Below are positions 1 through 6,885 of a stretch of DNA of 8,270 nucleotides, in pieces; the stretch's first letter is position 1, and every line of letters begins with the position of its first letter. The notes under the pieces are model-generated. The model had not been told where the DNA came from. It did no database searches and saw only the letters and a list, made by a program, of their open reading frames with translations. Origin of the DNA: Amoeboradix gromovi X-113. Its lineage: Eukaryota > Fungi > Sanchytriomycota. Made by a program: the position numbers and the translations under genes. Location of the stretch: contig JADGIF010000450.1 in assembly GCA_018985225.1 (NCBI GenBank), positions 1 to 8,270 of the forward strand, written 5' to 3'.

Positions 1-124
1 AAAGCCTCAACTGCTAAAGATTTGAGATGTTTAAAAAGCTAATCCTTTTGAGATTCTAAATCTTCGACGGAGTAATCGAGTATTTAAAGCTGCATAATTT
101 TGTAAGCTCAATTTATTATGAAGT

Positions 125-430
125 TTATGATCCTCTATTATACCATCTCTGATACCAACGTAGTTCGGGTGCCTCCACTTTTCCTGCAGTGCTTTCAGTT
201 TTTCCGGCAGTGCTTTTAAATTTTCCGACTATTGTATCTTTTAAAGTTTTAAATGCCGATCCAATCTTTTTTCTATGATAGATACCAGCACCAACAGCAG
301 CAAGAGTTCCAACACCAGCCACTGCGGCTATCGCCCCCGAGTTCGATGATTCGGGTACTGGTCCTGGTACCAATTCATCATTTGTAGTTTGGGCAATTGG
401 TGCAGCTAATAAAACATAAGAAAGTAGCAT
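125..430 (-). CDS. Small (101 aa) secreted or single-pass membrane protein of unknown function
   Basis: ATG start after an A-rich leader. Short hydrophobic N-terminus MLLSYVLLA-AP, then a P/S/T-rich linker, a Gly/Ala-rich hydrophobic segment GAIAAVAGVGTLAAVGAGIY followed by basic HRKK (positive-inside rule), and a TAA stop. Confidence 0.7.
   Translation of the reverse strand: MLLSYVLLAAPIAQTTNDELVPGPVPESSNSGAIAAVAGVGTLAAVGAGIYHRKKIGSAFKTLKDTIVGKFKSTAGKTESTAGKVEAPELRWYQRWYNRGS
179..217 (-). repeat. Two-copy 21-nt in-frame tandem repeat (KSTAGKT / ESTAGKV)
   Basis: On the + strand, ttttcctgcagtgctttc (179-196) and ttttccggcagtgctttt (200-217), period 21. Confidence 0.8.
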
Positions 431-454
431 TTACTTTTTGCTTTTTGCCTTCAA

Positions 455-460
455 TTTATA
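455..460 (-). promoter_or_regulatory. Putative TATA box for the 125-430 gene
   Basis: TATAAA on the minus strand about 25 nt upstream of the ATG at 430, followed by an A-rich leader. Confidence 0.35.
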
Positions 461-571
461 GTATTTCAAGTGGTACAGTGTAGCACATGTAACCTCTTCA
501 AATCCAATGATCGTTAACTTTACAAATATCTGTACAACGTGCACAAAAGTACAAGATTCAAGATCATCTGT

Positions 572-2135
572 TTATTTGAATTCCTTGGGTTTACTTCCAA
601 TACCGTATGCATCAAAAATCATACCAGCTACAGCGTATCCCAGTTGCTCGCATTTCAGGACAGTTTGGTGTTCAGCATAGACGCGAACAACGTCCTCAGT
701 TCCACTTGGTCTAACAAACGATCTACCTCCATCTTTGCATAGCAAATCTATCTTGCTCTGAAGCCCATCTGGCGCTATCAATGTCTGTTCTGCATTGGTT
801 GTTTTAAATAAATATCTATCTTTAACTACCACTTTAATTAGAATACTAGGCAAATCAGTATACAGCCCATCCCATTCTTTTGCAGTCATGTTTAATTGCT
901 GCAAAAAGTATAGCACCATGAACAAGTCACTAATGGCATCTCCGGTAGTTTGATTGATTAGCTGCACCAAAGCATTCAGTTTTGGACTAAATTAGTTTTA
1001 AATACAATGACTTCGCTTGCTGTTTGAGCTCTTCACTAAATAGCACGGTACCATGACCATTAGCTTCAAAATATATCCCAACATCGTATTCTTCAGCCTT
1101 GTGATGTAAATGCTTAACCCCGGTTGAGGTAAAGCTTACTGGGATTCCCAGAGATTTTAAATAGTTTGTGCTGTTACCGTTAGCATAAGCAGTCTGAACA
1201 ACACCAACGCTACACTTAACATCAAACATATGCAGCAGTTGGCTAATCCCCTTCGCACAGAGAGCGATAATGCGATCCCCATCTAATAAATGAAATTTGT
1301 CATCAATATAATAAAAAACAATTCTGTCTGCATCACCATCAAAACTAGCACCTAATTCACCATGCTGTACAGGAGTGTCTTTGATATTACTAGGTGGTAA
1401 GACTTTTGTTTTGACAAAATCGGCACCGCAGTTTAAATTCAAGACACCATCGCTGTTAAACTGATAGATACTGTAGTTAGGAATATAATGCTGCATTAGA
1501 TGCAACAGCAAGGCTAGTTTAGGTGCACCAATTCCGTTAGAACCATCAACGTTCACAGCGACGTGTTTGGAGTTCAAGTCATGGGTTAATAAATGAAAAT
1601 TATTACAAATAACATCATAATATTTCTTTTCTACATTTTCAACTGTACCATGAGTATTATAGTATAGAGTAGCCCAGTGTAGTTGAGGGGTTGTAACCAA
1701 ATTCATATCATAAATATTGGCATTAGCATGTTTTAATGCATTATGGATATGGTTCATTAATCGAGTTCCACTGTCTCTAGTATCTCTTCCTACGATAACC
1801 GTTGGTCTGTTAGAAATGGAGATATTTTCAGCTTTGACAATCTTAGTAATTGTTTCTGACATGTCTAAATTGACCATCTCTGTAGCATATTGCTCCCATT
1901 TGGTTTCTAACATATGGCCAGATGGATCAACTACTTTTACTCCATTGTCATCAGCTGGATTGTGGGATGCAGTCAGCATTATACCTACAGCTTTCTGTAG
2001 CTGCATGCTGCGCAATGCAGCTAATCTGCCCACTGCGTATACTATGTAATCAAGCTTCGTGTGATTATCACGGAAACCAGCCGTGCCATACTTTACATTC
2101 TTTGGCTGCTCAAGTGATTGCAAATATGTTTCCAT
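572..2135 (-). CDS. PGM3: Phosphoacetylglucosamine mutase (N-acetylglucosamine-phosphate mutase; PGM3/PCM1/AGM1), two exons: 2135-1006 and 986-572, 514 aa (512 aa if the 25-nt intron is used)
   Basis: Family motifs in order: YGTAGFR, catalytic-Ser loop TASHNP, metal loop DGDADR and sugar loop YFEANGHG in exon 1; INQTTGDAISD and phosphate loop RSFVRPSGTEDVVRVYAE in exon 2. The two ORF-track pieces join in frame after removing a GT-AG micro-intron. Confidence 0.96.
987..1005 (-). other. Spliceosomal micro-intron in PGM3 (19 nt; an alternative donor at 1011 gives 25 nt)
   Basis: Minus strand GTATTTAAAACTAATTTAG: GT donor, CTAAT branch-point motif, TAG acceptor. Removal gives ...KS-F-PKLNALVQLINQ and deletes the in-frame TAG. 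Confidence 0.85.
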
Positions 2136-2298
2136 ACAAGGAGTTGTTCTATAATACTTGAGATCAAATACAAATACTAGACCAAGTCAAGATATGCATC
2201 ACTTTAACCTACGCTATGATTTGATTCTTTTAAGGGTAAGATTTTTCTTACAAAACCCAAAGCAGGCACTTGTAGAATTAGTCTCCAGAGATTAAAAT

Positions 2299-2900
2299 AA
2301 CAATTTTATTAATGCTGTTAGCAAACAAATATAACTCTACGGAGCTATGTAACTAATGCATTTATCAACTACCCGAATGTCTTCTTTTTTGTGTTGGCAG
2401 TTTTAGAGTAAAGTAATATACAATGAGGATGCAAGTTATCGGCACAAGTGTGTTACAGTTTACTAGTGATGAAGGCTAACCTGATACAGAATAAGATAAA
2501 AGCAAAACAATTTACCGCAAGACGTAAATACCACTATTTGCAGCCCATCGAATTTTGTAAAAATAAATCATTTATCGAGAATTTGTATTATCTACACATA
2601 ATTGCATGGCCTTTCCAATACTTTAAACACTCAATATTCTTCATTTTCGCAAATTGTAAATGAAATCTGATTCTATCCTGAATATGTCAAATCTAGAAAA
2701 ATAACTAATAGTTAGAGCATACATCAACGTTGAGGAACTGGCCAAATCATGGAACAATTAGTTGTCTTTTATCGCCGGGAAAGAGATCAACGATAGATAA
2801 GGCTGTAAACTATTTATTTAATAATTCATCTGTGATTGTTCGCACTACATGGACAACAATAGAGAGTATATGGCAGCAAGGAATATATGCAACTACATGT
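2299..2900 (+). pseudogene. Degenerate Fanzor/TnpB-like RuvC endonuclease remnant (C-terminal half, multiple stops and frameshifts)
   Basis: The frame of ORF 2849 extended upstream reads FICDCSHYMDNNREYMAARNICN (2825-2893), like the Zn-knuckle + RuvC-III motif (C..C..RD.(N/M)AA.NI). About 50 codons upstream, EYVKSRKI/LIV/EHTSTL..WPNHG (about 2680-2753) resembles RuvC-II E.(Y)TS..CP. Weaker collinear matches lie at 2299-2349 and about 2490-2557. Confidence 0.55.
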
Positions 2901-2926
2901 ATCCTTATTCAATCCCGCCTCATGGT

Positions 2927-3007
2927 AGTGCAAGCGTAAGCAAGCACTTTAACGGAGCATCTAGCACTGCTAGTTTCTTGTGGAAATTCTCGATTTTCTC
3001 GGAAATC
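2927..3007 (+). ncRNA. Hairpin cluster, candidate omegaRNA scaffold relic of the Fanzor-like element
   Basis: Four near-consecutive stem-loops directly 3' of the RuvC-III-like motif: 2927-2948 with a GTAA (GNRA) tetraloop, 2961-2973, 2974-2986 and 2992-3007. Confidence 0.3.
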
Positions 3008-3049
3008 AGGACTTTTAACGAAGAGACAGATTAAAGAAAAAACATTTTA

Positions 3050-4444
3050 TTATTTAACATCGACTTGGTATCTATTTTTGCGACTTAAAAAAGATAATCT
3101 TGGCTTTGCAACAGGTGCTGCACCCATTGTAGGTATAATAGAATTCAAAAAGATTCCATTCAAGTCTGCATTCTTTATTTGTTCTTTCATTCTATCCAAG
3201 GTATCACCATCATTGTTAAGAATCTCGAAATTATTAAAGACTTCTCCTGACAATGCTGAGTGTGTAAGCGGCGTAAAGACATGATTAAAGTATAATCTAT
3301 TAGTCCATTGGAATTTCACTGACTTTATGTTTCTAATAAATGTCAGGAATTCATGACGTCTATGAAATGGATAGTTTGAGACCAAATCACCTCGGTTGAT
3401 ATAATTGATTACCTTGTGTTTGTTCAAAGCTAGATGAGGAACCGAAGCCATATCAATTTTAGGTGCATTAAATCCATATGAGTAGCTGTCTTTAAACAGC
3501 GCTGGAAGTGCTTCACCTGCAAAATCTAATAAACGATGACTTACTACACCACCCAGAGAATGTCCTGTAAACACTACAATCCTATTGTCTAAGTTATGCA
3601 GGAACTCATAGGCATTCTTCTTAAATTTTTGCCAATGCATAAAGTTGTATGCCACACCGTCTTTGTCTAAATCCAAAGGTAGAGCACCATTACAAGAGCC
3701 TCTGACAGTCTCTTTCTTTGTCATAGATAGCGCAGTACCTCTAGTCACTACAAATGTCTTGTAGTATGCTCTCTCTCTAGGTAAGAATGGTTCCAAAATG
3801 AAAGAAAAGAACCCGGCATGGTCATGTCTCATAAGTCTAGTAACGATATATTTAGACGCATAACCTACAATTTTGCTGTCTGTAATACTAGAACTATCTA
3901 CATTACACTGAATAACCATCCCAGGTTCCACATCAACATAAGCAAGATTTGTAGCGAGAAATTCAGTAAATGACTCTTCGGTTGTTAATTTGCCAATGAT
4001 AGAAGGCGAATTAATATGTTCCAGGTATTTTTCCATTTCCATGTTACCCTTTCTGGCATTCTTTGAGAAATCTCCCAAATCTGCAAAACTTAAAGTCTCC
4101 ATATCAGAAGCGTGATCACGGGTATTCCGTAATTCCTCTATTTCAAATTCACCAATTTTACCATTAGTAGCGAATCTTACAAACTCAACAAATCCGCAAG
4201 CCATGTTCAACGAAGTGTCATATCTAAGATCTACATTTTGAATTAGTTCTGTATTTCTATTGCTTTGCTTTGATTTTCCCAAATGGACGCTAGAAGTTGC
4301 TGATGGGATTATGACTTTTCGAGTGTTTACTTGGTTTAATTCAGCAAAAGGATTTGTTGGATTGACGAAGCCAGCAATGGTATTACTTGGGGCTGTTGAC
4401 TTCACATACATTGCAGCTATTAAATTAAGCGCAACTAAATGCAT
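3050..4444 (-). CDS. Secreted class 3 lipase-like alpha/beta hydrolase (464 aa, intronless)
   Basis: Hydrophobic N-terminus MHLVALNLIAA; oxyanion-region VVTRGT; nucleophile elbow VVFTGHSLGG; YGFNAP; NYINRGDLVS (catalytic Asp); candidate catalytic His in LTHS. Confidence 0.85.
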   Translation of the reverse strand: MHLVALNLIAAMYVKSTAPSNTIAGFVNPTNPFAELNQVNTRKVIIPSATSSVHLGKSKQSNRNTELIQNVDLRYDTSLNMACGFVEFVRFATNGKIGEFEIEELRNTRDHASDMETLSFADLGDFSKNARKGNMEMEKYLEHINSPSIIGKLTTEESFTEFLATNLAYVDVEPGMVIQCNVDSSSITDSKIVGYASKYIVTRLMRHDHAGFFSFILEPFLPRERAYYKTFVVTRGTALSMTKKETVRGSCNGALPLDLDKDGVAYNFMHWQKFKKNAYEFLHNLDNRIVVFTGHSLGGVVSHRLLDFAGEALPALFKDSYSYGFNAPKIDMASVPHLALNKHKVINYINRGDLVSNYPFHRRHEFLTFIRNIKSVKFQWTNRLYFNHVFTPLTHSALSGEVFNNFEILNNDGDTLDRMKEQIKNADLNGIFLNSIIPTMGAAPVAKPRLSFLSRKNRYQVDVK

Positions 4445-4674
4445 GTTGTGTAGCTATTCTGTGTGTATCAATTGTTATTAACTCCTTTTAAATCTTTCCA
4501 TTGGGCTATACATATATCACGTGGGCAAGAAAGTTGCTCATGTGAAGAGGTGATTAGCTTTAAAATTGCGTCATCAGCAATTACGGCACAGAATTGCATA
4601 ATATTTTGCTTCAGAGTTGCCTTTCTTGCCTATATTGAACGCCTCTTTTGATTAAAATTGAGTTGTCATTTCTA

Positions 4675-4686
4675 AATTGCGCAATT
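4675..4686. promoter_or_regulatory. Perfect 12-bp palindrome AATTGCGCAATT (contains the C/EBP-type bZIP consensus ATTGCGCAAT) in the divergent promoter
   Basis: Seen directly between the divergent starts at 4444 (-) and 4810 (+). Function is inferred only. Confidence 0.3.
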
Positions 4687-4809
4687 AGTTATAAGGCACC
4701 TAGTGGCGAAATCTTCCCAAAAAAATATTGATTTTCTTGCTTTGAGCTCTTGACAATTAATTTTTGTTTATCTTTTTTTTCAATATGAAACCACTCAATA
4801 ACAATAATT

Positions 4810-5277
4810 ATGGCTGCTTTGGAGCAGTTTATTCATGGGAAAAATAGGAATGACTTAAAGCCCATATTACAAGGTAGTTTCCAGCATACATTTAAGGACA
4901 GTATGATCCAGCATGTCTCTGCCATATTAATCCAGAGTTGGTGGAAGTCAATTTTATGTAGAAAATATTACGATGAAGTTGCTTTGCAAGTGAGCGAGAA
5001 CGTACTGTGTGATGATGACATGGTATTTAGTGATGAGGGTTCCATTAGCGTGCAGTCTGAACCACTTGTTTATTTGATAAATGATCAACTCTGCAATAGA
5101 TGTTGCAGCGATAGTAAAATAGACTACAAGTTTGCTACCACTTCATCCAGCTCAAACAGTTCTCAATCTGTTCACGAATGGGGTCCTCTCTCTGATAAAT
5201 TGTCTCTGATATCCAAGAAAGCTGGGATTGCCTATCCAATAATTGCTTCATCGAAAAGCTTAGACAGCAAGGCATGA
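4810..5277 (+). CDS. IQ-motif-containing protein or 5' part of the C11orf65-like gene
   Basis: 155-codon ATG ORF with the IQ-like motif AILIQSWWKSILCRKYY. It is in the same frame as the downstream ORF and separated from it by only one TGA. Confidence 0.55.
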   Translation: MAALEQFIHGKNRNDLKPILQGSFQHTFKDSMIQHVSAILIQSWWKSILCRKYYDEVALQVSENVLCDDDMVFSDEGSISVQSEPLVYLINDQLCNRCCSDSKIDYKFATTSSSSNSSQSVHEWGPLSDKLSLISKKAGIAYPIIASSKSLDSKA

Positions 5278-5883
5278 AGGTTGAGAATTATTAAGCCAAT
5301 TAAGAGTTCTAACGTTGCCAATATATGCAGCTCTTATCAATCCCATTCTTCAACAAAGTATCCACTTCCATCGGTGGAGCAAGTTTGGAAATGCAAAGTT
5401 ATCGTAAATGTGATTCAAAAGTTTTTAAACAAAAAAAGGTTCCATTTAATGCAATCCAAATTGCAGCAATTGAATAAGAACAGCAAGTTCGTTTTCAAAT
5501 ATTTAGATTATAACGAGATCCAGCTAATAAAATCGCTTCCTAATACCTACGTTCGATTCCGGCTAGACGGATTAAGCTTTCCCCCTAACATTTTGTATAA
5601 AATATGTAGCGCAGGTGTTGTAGATATTAATTCATTTGCACCTAGAAACTACAAGTGCCCAAGCTCCAACGCGTGGTATTTAAGAGCTGATCGGAATGAA
5701 TGGCGATCTATTAATTATCAAGTGATATCTAAAACGATTAGATATTCTCATTTACACTGTGTGCGTGAAACTTCTAGGTTAAACAGAAAAATATCTAAAG
5801 AAAAGAGATGGAAATCAAAGTACATTGAAGACTTTAGTGACTATGCGGTCAACTGGACTATTGAAACAATTTTAGAAATTTAG
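5274..5883 (+). CDS. C11orf65: C11orf65 / MFI-family protein (start uncertain)
   Basis: VRFRLDGLSFPPNILYKI, DINSFAPRNY, WYLRADRNEWR and C-terminal VNWT match, in order, the conserved blocks I recognise from C11orf65 (VRFRLGG..FPP.IYYKI, D....PR.Y, WY.R.ENN.WR, L.WT). There is no in-frame ATG before the conserved region, so splicing or fusion with the upstream ORF is needed. Confidence 0.8.
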
Positions 5884-5922
5884 TAAATCATTTTATCTGT
5901 CATAATAATCGCGTCCAGATTG

Positions 5923-6320
5923 ATGCCCTAAAAAAGTTGATGTAACAATTAGTTACCAAGATTCGCAAGCTTTTAGACCCGCGAACATTTAAAGATGTTA
6001 TATTTATGATAGTAAATAATGCTTGCGGGATAGGATCAGTTTAGCATGAAGTGATTTTCAATGTTTGGAACAATAAATATCTGCAACAACCTTTTTCAAG
6101 AGTCTAGTTAAATGAGCGTCTTGACTCAAACACAAAATGCCTAAATTACAATCATAATTGAATTTGGGATTCAAGAGTGCAGCTTCTTCACTTTCGCGTT
6201 ATTACCAAAGTATAACAATATATGAGCGACCAACCCCTGATTGCTCGTAAGAGACTCCTCAAATTAGAGAATAACTTTATAATTCGTATGGTTCAGCAGC
6301 ATGAAGGTTTCACCTACTGA
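5923..6320 (+). pseudogene. Degenerate GIY-YIG endonuclease-like remnant
   Basis: Stitching frames gives M/PKKVDVTISYQDS/KLLDPRTFK/CYIYDSK*CLRDRIS/*HEVIFNVWNNK...HFRVITKV*...RKRLLKLENNFIIRM. The order is IY-strand, YI(G)-strand, conserved R..H helix, then E helix. Several indels are needed and the GIY/YIG residues are partly lost. Confidence 0.4.
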
Positions 6321-6368
6321 CTTGTTCATGGTTTCAAAAAGGAGAGGTGAGACCCTGGTGGTGGTGGA

Positions 6369-6411
6369 CCAATCGGTCTCTTGTCACGGGATCTAAAATC
6401 ATGTATATAAA
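6369..6411 (+). promoter_or_regulatory. CCAAT box plus TATA box upstream of the ATG at 6450
   Basis: GACCAATCG (CCAAT at 6369-6373) and TATATAAA (6404-6411) in a locally GC-rich stretch, in canonical order, about 40 nt before the ATG. Confidence 0.55.
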
Positions 6412-6449
6412 GCTCGGCTTTTTTCCGGAGCAACCACCGTCTCGCAGCA

Positions 6450-6865
6450 ATGGGTCCTAAAGTAGGTCGAAAAAACGATGAAATAGAAGTCTTGGCAAAT
6501 TTAACTGCAAAATTGGATCTACACGCTGCGTTGGCATCAAATAAAACAGTGCCATACTCTAATCAGTATCCAAAACGTGTTTCTTTTGATCAAGCCTACG
6601 CGTCGGGTTGCAAACCCAAGGAAACTGAGGCGGAAGCGGAAAGGAGATCCAAAAATACATTAAGGAGTGCAACTTCTTCAAAATTGGACGAACATCAGGT
6701 GGAGAAGCAGGTCTAAGAAAAAGATGGAACGAGGACTATATTGACAAGTATACAAACATTTGTGGATATACAAGCCAAAGTCTTGAGAGAAGTCTTTGGA
6801 AGTCGAGATTTAAAGTAGTTGCATTTATTACCTTCATCAGAAATTGCTATAAACTGAAACTTTAA
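6450..6865 (+). pseudogene. Frameshifted GIY-YIG-superfamily (KIG-type) nuclease-like gene
   Basis: ORF 6450 up to ...GCKPKETEAEAE continues after a -1 shift at about 6641 as KEIQKYIKECNFFKIGRTSGGEAGLRKRWNEDYIDKYTNICG, then after a -1 shift at about 6766 as IYKPKS*EKSLEVEI, then KVVAFIT. This gives FKIGxT...R...Y...E spacing. Confidence 0.55.
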
Positions 6866-6885
6866 ATTACCTGAGCACTTACGAT

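Noticed and set aside
572-2135. PGM3 as two genes, a pseudogene or a programmed frameshift
   Set aside because: A GT-AG intron with a branch motif restores the frame exactly and all catalytic motifs are intact.
539-2161. Plus-strand ORFs 539-742, 1717-2049 and 1922-2161
   Set aside because: They are antisense shadows of PGM3 with no recognisable motifs.
2448-3034. ORFs 2448-2663, 2730-2939 and 2849-3034 as independent genes
   Set aside because: They are short, two lack ATG starts, and they are better explained as fragments of the Fanzor-like relic.
3078-4651. Plus-strand ORFs 3078-3284, 4260-4481 and 4463-4651
   Set aside because: They are antisense to the lipase or lie in its promoter, with non-ATG starts and no motifs.
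4785-4847. Upstream ATG 4785 as the true start via a 21-nt GT-AG intron
   Set aside because: Removing GTTTATTCATGGGAAAAATAG leads straight to a TGA. At most this is a short overlapping uORF.
6450-6716. LTR-retrotransposon Gag or LINE ORF1 start (MGPK...)
   Set aside because: No LTR, primer-binding site, CCHC knuckle or pol motifs. The shifted frame fits a nuclease better.
4540-6845. Hammerhead ribozyme cores (minus-strand CTGATGA near 4575 and 6837), which would suggest a Penelope-like element
   Set aside because: Neither is followed by a stem II plus GAAA core, and no reverse transcriptase remnant is seen.
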